In this document: one piece after another, positions 23,041 to 33,246 of the stretch
Layout: each line of letters starts with the position of its first letter
How positions within the stretch are numbered: the first letter of the stretch is position 1
DNA from: Chiloscyllium plagiosum
Taxonomy: Eukaryota
Direction of reading: 5' to 3'
DNA length: 33,246 nucleotides
Assembly (NCBI RefSeq): GCF_004010195.1
Contig: NC_057718.1
Location: forward strand, 31,832,204 to 31,865,449
Notes under the pieces: generated by a model
Seen by the model: only the letters and a program-made list of their open reading frames with translations
The model's database searches: none
What the model was told of the DNA's origin: nothing
Program-made: the position numbers and the translations under genes

Positions 23041-24337
23041 GGATTGAAAGACATCTAATATTGCAACTTTGCCTAAAACATGAAGGACAGACTAAGCAAT
23101 TACAGACCAGTCAATCACGTTCATAGGTAGGAAAATTGCCACCAAACATTTGGAGGAACAAGATTAATCCTCATTTAGATCAAAGATAGTCAGGTTGGAT
23201 TCATTAAGGGAAGGTTGTGTCTGAGGTACATGATCGAACATTTTTGAGAAAGCAATAAAGACAGTCAGTGAAGGGTATGCTGTAGTCTGTATGGTTTTTA
23301 ATATGGTTTTGACAAGGTCACAAATAGCAAACTGGTTGTAAAAACAACAACCCCTGGGATCAAAGGCAAAGTGGGAAATTGAAAATAAAAAAAAAATGAT
23401 CAGAGGCAGAAAGCAAAGGCAAATGGGTGTTTTTTTTCTACCAGAAAGTTGTTTCTGATGGGATTGAGTACTCAACCTGCAGGAATTCTTTGCTTTTTGT
23501 GACAATCTTCGATGATTCAGCCTTACATGTAGGGGTGTATCTAAGAAGCTTGAACATGATATAAAATAAACTATGCGGTTGATGGAGAAGAAGAATACAG
23601 CATATTGTTGGAAGATAGCAATGGATTGGTCAGGCAGGTGGAATAATGACAAATGAAGCTTTACCTAGCGAAGTGTGAGGAAATGCATTTGGGGAGGTTA
23701 ATGAGGCAAGGGAATGAACTGATATGAAAAGGAGTGGAGGAGCAAAGAAACTCTACAATAGGATTATGGTTCGATGGTTATCAAGAAGGCATACTGGACA
23801 GTAGATTTTAGTAGTTTAAGCACACATTATAGAACTGAAAGGTTATGCAGCAACTAGATAAAACTGATGAATCACCACTCTATGTATTTCTTTAACTACA
23901 GAATCGGAAAGATATGTATACAGAAGATACAGAGATTAATAAGGACATTACCTGGATTGGAGAAGTTTGATTGTCAAGACAGATGGATGCACTAAGGTTT
24001 CTTTTGTGGAATTTAGGCAACTAAGGAAAAACCTGGTGTATAAAATTATGAGGAATCTTGACAGAGTAGATAGGAAGACTCTATTCCCTTTGGTTGAGAA
24101 GTTTTTAGCCTGGGACACTGATTTAGCAGAGCTGTAGGAATTTTAAAGGAGACAGAGGTGGGTTTTCTTTCACCATGGGGATGGAAATCTAGACTTAAGA
24201 CCTGAAAAGGGTAGACTCAGAAACCATCATACTATTCAAAAGCTATTTTAATGCAGAATTGAAGTGCCATACGCTACAAGATTTAGATCTCGAGCTAGAA
24301 TCTGGGATGAGGCTGGATGGCTATTTGGCAGCTAGAG

Positions 24338-24502
24338 ACAAAACTGTAGATGCTGGAATCCAAAGAAAACAAGCAGGAGATTAGAAAAACACAGCAAGCG
24401 AGGCAACATTCAGGAATGCAGCAGGATTATGCCAAAACATCAACTTCTCCACCTCCTGATGCTGCCTGGCTTGTTGTGTTCTTCCAGCTACCGCTTCTCT
24501 GA
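24338..24502. mobile_element. Palindromic PLE-derived mini-element with a 9-bp TSD
   Basis: TSD CAGCTAGAG at 24329-24337 and 24503-24511. Arms GAAAAACACAGCAAGCGAGGCAACATTCAGGA / TCCTGATGCTGCCTGGCTTGTTGTGTTCTTC are imperfect inverted repeats. Confidence 0.8.
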
Positions 24503-24584
24503 CAGCTAGAGCAAACACAATCAATCAGTCAAATGACCTTCTGTGCTGTAAATTTCTATGATTCTGTATTTCTATACATCCTGG

Positions 24585-24845
24585 TTCAGCAATCTCACAT
24601 GATCAGCAATGAGGTAAGACATAACCTTTGTTTCCTGATCTTGGCTAAAAGAAGTCCTTTTTGAATAAAGCCATAGGATCTTGAACGTTAAACCAAGACA
24701 TTGTTCTGATGAATGTCTCAATTAATAATCCTGGAGACAGCTCTCCAATAATACAGCACTTTTAAATAAAAAAGCAAGGCAGTATCTTCAGATAAACTCA
24801 AGCCCTGGAGTGACATTTAAAGATGACAAAAGTGCCATCCATCTG
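24585..24845 (-). mobile_element. Second DeuSINE-like remnant, very decayed
   Basis: Weak similarity to 780-1050 (CAGCAATGA..; GCCATAGGATCTT..ACGT; CTCAAG.C.CTGGAGTG). Confidence 0.4.
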
Positions 24846-25169
24846 TAACACACATCAACTTGTGTCTGTTTAGGACAAGGTCTCTGCAAAATGCATAAAG
24901 TTAAACTATACACATATTAAGGTTATGGAGAGAAAAAAAATTAATAAAATATTTATAAAAGATTTTGGGGTAGAACTGTCATGTGTCTTGTTTTTGTGCT
25001 CATGTCCAGATCTTTTCCAATTGGAGTGAATCACTCCCAGCAATCTCTCCATGATAGTCTTGTATCACCTGTTCCTTCATACTTCTCCTTATGCATTCAG
25101 ACATCTCCAGCAAACAATTTATTTTCAATTTCCTCCAGTCCTAAGTTCCCTGCTTTGCCACTCAGCATC

Positions 25170-25340
25170 CTGACCTGGAAATATTTCACTATTCCTTCAG
25201 TGTTTCTGGGTCAAAATCCTAGAACTCCCTCCTTAACAGCATTGTGGGTACATCTACACCAAATGTACTACTGAAAGAATCTCACTAACAACTTCTCAAG
25301 GGCAACTAGGCATGGGAAATAAATGCTGCTGGCTGGCTGA
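25170..25340 (+). mobile_element. CR1-clade LINE 3' end fragment
   Basis: CTGACCTGGAAATATTTCAC..TTCCTTCA.TGT..CTGGGTCAAAATCCT.GAACTCCCTCC.TAACAGCA.TGTGGGT...CTTCTCAAGGGCAA.TAGGG.ATGGG.AATAAATGCTG. Confidence 0.75.
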
Positions 25341-25369
25341 GTGGGTGAGAGAGTGAGAGCAAAAAAATT

Positions 25370-26660
25370 ATCTGGACCCATCCCAGAAGTCTTACTCCCA
25401 TTACATTGATTAGATCATCAGTGCTGCTTCCTGTTCTCATTCGATATTCGAAAAGGCCATCAGTTTGCTTTTCAATTTCATCCTTCTCTCCCCTTTATCT
25501 GATCCATCTCTAATGCTTCCCTTCCTTGACTTCACTGTTTTCATTTCTGGGGATAGGCTGTCCACCAATATCCATTATAAATCCATTGACTCCCAGCTAC
25601 TTTGACTACACTTCCTTACACCCTGTAAGAATTCCATTCTATTTTCTAGTTTCTCCATCTGATCTGTTTTGATGATGTCCTCTTCCATCGAGGAGAATCT
25701 GACATGTCTTCCTTTTTCCTCAACTGAGGATTCCCCTCCTCCCATGGTTAACAGGGCTCTCAACTGTGTACAAAAGATTTGTCTCACATCCACGACCGCA
25801 CCTTCCCATCCCTCCCAGAACAAAAGGGAACAAATAATTCTCTCTGCTGTCAGCATTCCACAGGGACTATACTCTGTGATAACCTCGTCCACTCCTCATT
25901 TACTCACTCTCTTATGCACCTTTCCATGCAATTCCAGGTGTAATACTTGCCTGTTCGACTCTTCTCTCCTCGTTAACCAAAGCCCCAAACACACCTTCCA
26001 AGTAAAGCAGCAATTTACTTGCCATCTTTCAATCTAGTCCACTGTATTCAAGCTCATAATTTCACATTGGCAAGCTCAAAAGCAGATTGGGTGGCCATTT
26101 TGTGAAAACATCTACTCTGACCACAGGAAAGACCCTGAGCTTCCGGTTGCTTGCCATTTCAATAAACCCTCTTGATCCCATGGGAGCATTCCAATACTTA
26201 GCCTTTGACAGTGTTCCAATGAAGCTGAGTGCACGCTGGGGGAACACCACCCCATTTTCTGCCTAGAATCTTTACGCTTCTAGGACCCAATATTGAGCTC
26301 TACAATTTTTGTGCATAATCTCTATACTCCATTTTTTGTACAAACCCACCCTCCTCCAAACCTGCCTTGCTTGAATCTTGTTGGTTTTAATCTCAGCACA
26401 GTAGAACCATTTTTCCTTCTCAGTTATTCACACCTATTTCACCTATCCATCTCTCCCTTTTAACCATTACGACTGCCTTTGTCTTTCGCTCTAAGCATGC
26501 TCACTATGTGTCACTTGCTCCTCCTCCCTCTGTCACAAGCATAAAAAAATACAATTTTCCAGCTCATTTAGGTTGAAAAAGCATTATACTGTACTTTGAG
26601 AACATTACTTGTGTTGTTGACTCTGTCCAGAGACGATGCCAAACCTAATGTTCTGGTAAC
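25370..26660 (+). mobile_element. Neptune-type Penelope-like element remnant (RT, Cys-rich linker, GIY-YIG, pLTR)
   Basis: HYID*IISAASCS (RT YIDD), LPFLDFTVFISGDRLSTNIHYK, TFPCNSRCNTC...HTFQVKQQFTC (Cys linker) and QCSNEAECTLGEHHPIFCL (C-terminus), with many frameshifts. Confidence 0.85.
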
Positions 26661-26920
26661 ATTGGTGAATCCCACAATGGCAGATGGTGAATCTTAATTC
26701 AATAAAAAACACCTGGAATAAACTGCTAGTCTAATGGTGACCTCGTAGGCACTGTCTGTTGTATTTTAAAAAACCCTTCTGGCTTATCAATGTCATTTTG
26801 GTAAGGTAATTTGTCATCCTTTCCTGGTCTAGCCTACTCTTAGTGGTCATCTAGGCAAATAGAGGTGGGCATTAAATGCCAACCTAACCAGTGCCACCCA
26901 TATCTTATGATATAAATTTT
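26660..26920 (+). mobile_element. Decayed shark SINE, same family as 100-345
   Basis: AATCCCAC.ATGGCAG.TGGTGAA..TTAATTCAATAA...CTGGAAT...GCTAGTCT.AATGGTGACC...TCCTT.CCTGGTCT.GCCTAC plus a LINE-type tail. Confidence 0.65.
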
Positions 26921-27019
26921 AAAATTTACCCTAATTTAAGTTTAGCACAGATATTTCGGACAGAAATTTCTCACTCAAATACTAACCTGTACATGTTATG
27001 ATCTCGGTTTCCTTGTTTT

Positions 27020-27960
27020 ACTTTAAAATCACATATTAAACCTGCCTCATAACACATTAAGCAAGTCTCCCAAAACTGCTGATTCCTGATAGAATCCATA
27101 ACACATTCTACAAATTCTTCTTTGTGGCAACCTCTGTCAATTAGATTTTCCCAAAGTAGTTGAAGATTAAAGTCTACTTTGTGTGTGTGCCCTCGTTATC
27201 TCCAAATTTGTTCTCTGTCCTACAGTATCTGTACTGTTAGAAGGCCTACAGATTATTTCCTCTTACCTCCACCCATATGGATTTTGTTTGTTCTGAGCAA
27301 AGATCCTTTCTTGCTCTCATATTAATTCCATCCTGTACAATAAAACAATCTTGAGTATTAGGGCATTGAGCTTAATTATCAACCATGATTATATTGAATG
27401 GCAGAGCAGGCTCAAAGGGTGGGATGGTCTGTTCCTATCTTTTATGTTTCTAACAATACCTACCCCAAAAATTATACTGTCCCTTACCACTACTATGGTC
27501 CTATACTTCTCCCCCGACTTGAAAGGATCATTGTACCCCATAGTTTGCAAGATCCTCAGAACTGCTGTATAAATGCAGGGAATGAGGGTCTTCAAATGCT
27601 ACCTCATACCTACCCCACCTGCAGTCACAACCTCCTGTCCCTGATCACAGACTAAAGGTGATGTTTGTGACTGCCTCCTGGAGCAAATGTCCAGGTAATA
27701 TTCCCCCTCCCTGGAGAGACACAGAATCTACAGCTCAGACTCCAACTCCTCAACTCGGATCCAAAGTTCCTTGAGCTGCAAACCTATTTCAGACGTATTT
27801 GCCCTGGATCACTTTGATATCCAGCAGCTCCCACATATATGACAGCAGCAATATATCACCTGTCCTATCATCACCATAATACTTTATTAATTACTCCAGA
27901 ATCCCTGGTCTTTACACTTGAAGAATCCACTGCTCTTGAAGACGAGAGACTTATGTTCAA
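27020..27960 (-). mobile_element. CR1 LINE 5' region remnant (ORF1 start and endonuclease fragments), with a short plus-strand CR1 tail nested at ~27365-27450
   Basis: Minus strand from ~27870 reads MIGQVIYCCCHMWELLDIKVIQGKYV... then LQLKELWIRVEELESEL, resembling CR1 ORF1 Cys-rich/leucine-zipper. RPSNS and DFNL endonuclease-like motifs at ~27160-27255. Confidence 0.7.
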
Positions 27961-28096
27961 ACTGAAGACCTTACATTTGCTTTAAAGACAAGGAACACTC
28001 AGTTGGCTGCTTTCCCTGCATTTGCATCATGGTGTGGTATGGAAAATCACCCACCAATGGTCTGATTGAGGTGTCTCAATCCACTTCTTTTATGCA

Positions 28097-28398
28097 GTAG
28101 AATGGTGGCTCAGTGGTTAGCACTGCTGTCTCACAGCACCAGGGCCCAGTTTCGATTCCACCCACAGGTGACTGTGCAGAGTTTGCACGCTCCCCCAGTG
28201 TCTGCGGGATTCCCTCCAGTCATTCCAGTTTCCTCCCAAAGTCCAAAGATGTAGAGGTTAGGTGGGTTGGCTGCGGGAAATGCAGCGTTACAGGAAAACG
28301 ATAGGGGGTGGGTCTGGTTGGGATGCTCTTTGGAGGGTCAATGTGGACTCATTGGGCCAAATGGCTTACTTCCAAACTGTGGGGATTCTACGATACTC
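28097..28398 (+). mobile_element. HE1-type V-SINE (tRNA head, V domain, CR1/HER1 tail)
   Basis: A box TGGCTCAGTGG, B-box-like GTTTCGATTCC, V-domain GAGTTTGCAC..TC.CCC.GTGTCTGCG.GG.TT.CCTCC....TCCAGTTTCCTCCCA.AGTCCAAAGA, tail GGGCCAAATGGC.T..TTCCA.ACTGT.GGGATTCTA. Confidence 0.88.
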
Positions 28399-30109
28399 TC
28401 CTGCACACTTCAAGTTCCAGAGATTTTACTTCTTTCAGTTAACATCTTTCCCCCCTGTACCAAAATTCAACTCTGAACCAAATTCCTAGATACACTCATT
28501 CACCATCTGACTCACACCGGCAGAGTTTTCCTCATACTGACTCTGCCCCTTTAAAAGATAGCAAATGAGATGTTAATCAAATGGTTTGGTTCATTTTGGC
28601 TGCGGTCAACTTTGTGCTGTTGAAACTTCATTCAGAGTTGAGTTACCCGTGTAGCCACAGTAGCCATAAGGATGGTCCAGTTCACTTTCTAGTCAAAGGT
28701 AACCCCCCAGGATTGTAATAATTGACAACTCCGCATGACCTCTTGCTCAGATTTCCACCTTCCAGCCAATTTTACACTACACATTAGCCTTAAAAAACCC
28801 AACTGACAACGAGCCATCTTAATATAAAAATATAAGTGGCAGTTAAAAAAAAAACATTTTTAAGATGTGTTGTTTGTAGTGCCAAAAATCAGAAGTAGAG
28901 ATTTAGAAGGACACTAACACTGAATTATTAAAATACATGTGAGTACTTCGAAGACTCATCAAGATTTACCCTATTGGATGGTCCGGAGTTACACATTATA
29001 CCAATACTGTGACATTTCGTGATGACTTTTCACCCTGAAGCAGAACAGTAGAGGAAAACTGTGATTTCCTTAAGATATCTTGGGAATTTCTAGTGGCTTG
29101 AGAACATTTAAAAAGGACTTTAGAAAGTTTGTATCAATTGCAAAGGGATTACTTGCAATTTTCTTGAACACTTTAAAAAAAAAGCTGATGTATCCTGATG
29201 ACCATTGACCTTAAAGTGGAGCCAATATGTAGGAAATTGTGTGTCCAGACACAAAGGAGCACTAGGGACAAAGGAAAGCTGCAGCTGAAAATGCACGTTT
29301 TCAAGGAAGTGGGTTGGTGGACAGGTGTGCATGGACTGTGTGTGCATGTGTGCGAGTGAGTAACTAAGAGATATAAAGCTAAACAGGACACAAGAGCTGA
29401 AGGCAGGTTACAACATGGTCTGTCAAGCATACAAGTTTACTGATACTGCTTCACTTTTAACTGTCTAACAGGGGTCACATGAAGTCGTCTCTGGGAACGA
29501 AATTCTATCAAACTGTTATGAATCTAGCTAAGGATGCTCTGCAGATACGTGTCATACAGGAGACTATTGTCTCCAGAAATTTCAGGTGGAATCTAACTGC
29601 CAGTGAAAACAACTCAAGGGCCAAATCAACTGAATGAAAAAGCGAGAGATCCTCTGTACCAGAGGCAAAGTTCAGAAAACTTTGGAGTTGCCTTTGGTGC
29701 CACAGGTCTGCAGAGAGCGGTGCATTCTTTCTGGTTTTGGAAGATGCATCAATTATGATTGTTTAAACTAAAATTTATTTTGAAGATCATGTGTCAAATT
29801 TATGAGTATGCAATGGTCTAACTCGTGATAAGGTATAAATTACTAAAAGTGACATCTTATTGGTAATTTCATTTGAAAGTTGTGAGGTAACTTTTTTTGT
29901 TTTATCCCATAAATGATCATAACAATGAAAATTCAAGTGCAGTGTAAGATAAATTACATAGGCAAAAAAATGACTACTATCCCATTCTGTATACAGAGCA
30001 ACATCTTGAGAGATTGCAAATACATGTTAATACATCATAATCCATTTTAAATGGTTTACAAAATGCACACATTAAAATACCTAAGCACTCCAAAACCAGA
30101 GAAACCTAC

Positions 30110-30267
30110 CTGTAGCTGAAATTATTGATATTTTACAGCCATGCTTAAAGCCAGGATCAATCCCCATCAGAATTCGGCCACGTACAGGATTAATCAAAAG
30201 AAGCTGTCGAAGGTTTCTCCCAAACATTGCAACAGATTCCTTCTCAGCATCTGTGCTTAAGCGGGAC
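30110..30267 (-). CDS. SRBD1: SRBD1 internal coding exon (158 bp): [52 protein letters not shown](G)
   Basis: Contains the Tex/YqgF-like motif [12 protein letters not shown]. Polypyrimidine tract plus ..taag acceptor, donor AG|gtagg. Phases match both neighbouring exons. Confidence 0.96.
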
Positions 30268-30399
30268 CTTAAAAAGAAAAGAAAAGTCTAGAACTCACAT
30301 TTATATTGCGTGTTTACTTATAAATAACAGCTCAATGTAATGTTAGTATTTATCACAGAATCAAAACAATGCAGCAGCAAATCTTTCCTCACATCTCTA

Positions 30400-30810
30400 T
30401 TTTTTCCCACATTAAGTATTTATCAAATTCTCTTTTGAAAATTGCTATTTAATTTGCTTTTATCATGGTTTCACACAGTGCAGTCCAGATCATAAGTCGA
30501 TGGCAGAAGACTTTCCCTCATCAATTACCTTAAATCGATATCTGCTTGTTCCCTGTTCCAGCTTCTTCATTACTGATTTGAAAAGCCTTCATGAGTTTTG
30601 AACTCCTCTGTCAAAATTCCCTACAACTTCTGTATCATAAAGGACAACAACCTCAGATTCTCCAACCTCTCCAGTACCTGAGATGTTTCTTCCCCAGGTT
30701 CATTCTGGCAAATCTCCTCCACTTCATTTCTAAAACCATAATTTCCTTCCTAAAATGCAGCGCCCAAAATTGGTCACAATACTTCAACTTGAATAAACTA
30801 AGACTCTAAG
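30400..30810 (-). mobile_element. Old CR1 3' fragment
   Basis: Plus strand TATCAAATTC.CTTTTGAAA..TGCTATT.AAT.TGCTT...CATTCTGG.AAATCTCCT...TTCCTTCCTAAAATGC.GCGCCCAAAATTGG.CACAATACT is the antisense of the CR1 ORF2 end (EYCVQFWAP). Confidence 0.75.
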
Positions 30811-31447
30811 CTGTACAGCAACAAACCAGAAGTTGTGACACGTATTCTGTACAAAACATCTCCTTACATACTGTGTGCAGCTATACAAAATACGTTAATG
30901 GTATTCCACAGTTACGTGAATTGATCACATACAAAAGGAGAGAGAAAATGTTGAGCTTAATCAGTGTTTTATGCAGGGTTCACATTACTTCCTTGCTTTT
31001 GTACTCCATGCTTTATAAAGCGAGAAATCTTGTTTCTCTTTTGAGACTCCTTTAATGTTTATTGCCAATCCATAACTCTCAACAATAGAACTTAAAACCA
31101 CAACAGTTTGTCAGAGCTTAATTTTGTCATCTTCATATAAACACTCAAAATTAGTAACTAATAATCAAATCCTAAAATATGACAGCACAGCTGAATACAT
31201 GATAACAGAAAGCATGGACAGTTTCTGCTCTTGTTCACTCCACAGTGACACTGCTGGGAAGTGCAAAATCATCTTGGTTGTGATTCATTTCTTCACTATT
31301 GGCCAAGTGACACTTAAACAACTAGGATCACATTTGAAAATTAGCACAAGCAAAATACTTATTAGTCGAGATTGCACTATCCCCAAAAAGATTTAAATGT
31401 TTTTTGGAAAGAAAAGTAATTGAAAATATTTTGAAAACTGTCTTCAC

Positions 31448-31555
31448 CTGAATTCTCTGCACAGAAGTGGATATATGAGACGTTTATATGAATCTTCAGC
31501 AGAATCCTTCAAGAGTTTCATCAATTCAGGCCTTGCAAAGTACCGTGGTCTCCAT
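31448..31555 (-). CDS. SRBD1: SRBD1 internal coding exon (108 bp): (R)[35 protein letters not shown](R)
   Basis: Translation closely matches recalled vertebrate SRBD1 ([16 protein letters not shown]...[13 protein letters not shown]). Acceptor ..tgtag ends at 31556 and donor AG|gtgaag starts at 31447. Phase 2-2, joins in frame to the next exon. Confidence 0.95.
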
Positions 31556-31938
31556 CTACAATAGAGTTCAAACATATATTTTAGTACAAATGTGATCATT
31601 ATTTTCTGAGAATGACAAGACAAGAAATTAAACTGCCATCTGTACATCTGCTCAGTGACCAAGGATATGTGCAGTTCACAGTGGAGTGTCAGGGGTCTCC
31701 ATCACATATCTAATATTGAAATCAAAGGCATGGAATTGACGATTAGTCTACATGCAGTTTTTGCATCCAAATATGGAAGGATTATTTAAGTAACAGAAAA
31801 TGACTTGTACCATGTTGTAAGCTTGGGAAGACAGAGGTAACTTTGGATCGAAGTCCCCAAAGCTCTAGAGTACCTGGGTTCTCATGTCATTATTGAATGT
31901 GCTGTAAACTCATTGATAGACATAGTTTCCTTGGTTAG

Positions 31939-32119
31939 GAGAAAGTGAAGACTGCAGATGCTGGAGGCCAGAGTCAAAAAGTGTGGTGCTGGAAAAGCAC
32001 AGCAGGTCAGGCAGCATCTGAGGAGCAGAATCATAAAATACCTGAAAAGTCGATTCCCCTGCACCTCGGATGCTGCCTGACCTGCTGCGCTCTTCCAGTG
32101 CCACACTTCTTGACTCTGA
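31939..32119. mobile_element. Palindromic PLE-derived mini-element, 60-bp inverted arms, 12-bp TSD
   Basis: Arms 31969-32028 and 32059-32118 are reverse complements at 53/60 positions. TSD TTCCTTGGTTAG 31927-31938 / TTCCTTTGTTAG 32120-32131. Confidence 0.88.
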
Positions 32120-32194
32120 TTCCTTTGTTAGTCAACCATTACATTATCACTGATGCATGGGACTCTCAGGATGGGGAAAAAAACAAACTCAAAA

Positions 32195-32690
32195 ACAGAA
32201 ACAAAAACAGAAATTGCTGGAAAAGCTCAGCAGGTGTGGCAGCATCTGTGAAGAGAAATCAGAGTTAATGATTTGGGTTGAATGGCCCTTCCTCAGAACT
32301 GACGTTAACTATGAAAATGTCAATTCATATGCAGAAGATAGGGTGGGGTGGGAGAAGAATTAAACAATAGATTGGATTGAGCCGAAAAGAGAGAGAAGAA
32401 CTGTTGGACAGACAAAAGAGTGGATAATGATCTGACTAGGAGGCTGAATAGCTATTAGTACGGACTGTTAATAGCTAACAATAGGATGCGTCTAATAGCA
32501 GACTATGTGATAACAAAGTCTGGTGTGTGGGGGTTGGGGTAAAGACATGGGAGAGCTCAAACCCTGAAGCTGCTGAACTCTATAATTCAGTCCAGAAGGC
32601 TGCAGGATCCTCAAGCAGAAAATGAGGTGTTGTTCTTTCAGCTTCAACATAACACTGCAGCAAGCTTGAGAAAGAGATGTTGATCAGGGA
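32195..32690 (-). mobile_element. PLE 3' fragment (C-terminus plus pLTR with a decayed hammerhead), cut off by the adjacent CR1
   Basis: Minus frame KLKEQHLIFCLRILQPSGLN (~32583-32645). Hammerhead-like AGTT-CTGAGGA-A-GGG..CCC-AAATC-ATTA-ACT at ~32263-32300. Confidence 0.8.
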
Positions 32691-32691
32691 A

Positions 32692-33246
32692 CAATAGACA
32701 ATAGGTGCAGGAGTAGGCCATTCAGCCCTTCGAGCCTGCACCGCCATTCAATATGATCATGGCTGATCATTCCTAATCAGTATCCTCTTCCTGCCTTATC
32801 TCCCATAACCCTTGATTCCACTATCTTTGAGAGCTCTATCCAACTCTTTCTTAAATGAATCCAGAGACTGGGCCTCCACTGCCCTCTGGGGCAGAGCATT
32901 CCACACAGCCACCATGTCTGGGTGAAGACGTTTCTCCTCATCTCTGTCCTAAATGGTCTACCCTGTATTTTTAAGCTGTGTCCTCTGGTTCGGCACTCAC
33001 CCATCAGCAGAAATATGTTTCCTGCCTCCAGAGTATCCAATTTTTTAATAATCTTATGTCTCAATCAGATCCCCTCTCAGTCTTCTAAACTCAAGGGTAC
33101 ACAAGCCCAGTCGCTCCAGTCTTTCAGTGTAAGGTAATCCCGCCATTCCAGGAATTGACCTCGTGAACCTACGCTGCACTCCCTCAATAGCCAGAATGTC
33201 TTTCCTCAAATTTGGAGACCAGAACTACACACAGTACTCCAGGTGT
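32692..33246 (-). mobile_element. Relatively young CR1 LINE 3' end, running off the window
   Basis: Minus frame HLEYCV*FWSPNLRKDILAIEGVQRRFTRSIPGMAGL...KIIKKLDTLEAGNIFLLMGECRTRGHSLKIQGRPFRTEMRRNVFTQ. The 3'UTR ends in (CAATAG)-type repeats at 32692-32704. Confidence 0.94.

Larger units (their letters stand above)
22285..24570 (+). mobile_element. Old CR1 LINE (RT region to 3' end) hosting two nested PLE insertions
   Basis: DVMSRD*KT|SNIATLPK..NYRPV reads across the PLE insertion (~VPEDWRTANVTPLFKK..NYRPV). GFIKGRLCL and VVCMVFNMVFDKV-like motifs follow. 3'UTR CCTTCTGTGCTGTAAATTTCTATGATTCT at ~24537-24567. Confidence 0.8.

Noticed and set aside
22425..23126. Plus-strand ORFs (72 aa, 124 aa) over the PLE
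   Set aside because: Antisense shadows of the minus-strand GIY-YIG frame.
23164..23652. Longest ORF in the track (162 aa, minus)
   Set aside because: Antisense to a decayed plus-strand CR1 RT region, with no protein-family features.
29008..29925. Possible solo LTR (TG...ACA ends, TATAAA at ~29372)
   Set aside because: No matching TSD, primer-binding site or second copy in the window.
31444..31662. 72-aa ORF as a standalone gene
   Set aside because: Only 31448-31555 matches SRBD1 and it is bounded by splice sites. The rest is intron read-through.
1..33246. CRISPR array, operon or other prokaryotic system
   Set aside because: The sequence is vertebrate intronic DNA with spliced exons, and there are no regularly spaced repeats or dense ORFs.

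Overview
AT-rich eukaryotic genomic DNA. The repeat families (HE1/V-SINE, DeuSINE-like, CR1, Penelope-like) point to an elasmobranch, probably a shark; this is inferred from recalled repeat consensi. The window lies inside the SRBD1 gene (S1 RNA-binding domain 1, the Tex homologue) on the minus strand. Four phase-consistent GT-AG coding exons are present (31448-31555, 30110-30267, 20993-21083, 18972-19079) and encode the YqgF/RuvC-like region. Everything else is intron, filled with decayed CR1, L2 and RTE LINEs, tRNA-derived SINEs and Penelope-like elements (PLEs). Four observations stand out. (1) A young PLE insertion (22322-23040, 14-bp target duplication) carries an intact minimal hammerhead ribozyme on the SRBD1 sense strand, and its inverted second arm starts at the predicted self-cleavage site. 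(2) Several ~165-195 bp palindromic PLE-derived mini-elements share the same layout with both 3' ends facing outward, two of them with target duplications. (3) A degenerate histone H2A copy (15090-15425) sits inside a CR1 ORF2 remnant and keeps an open 111-codon frame despite three in-frame deletions. (4) Most hammerhead copies are inactivated at the same CpG. Most ORFs in the supplied track are transposon remnants or chance ORFs.
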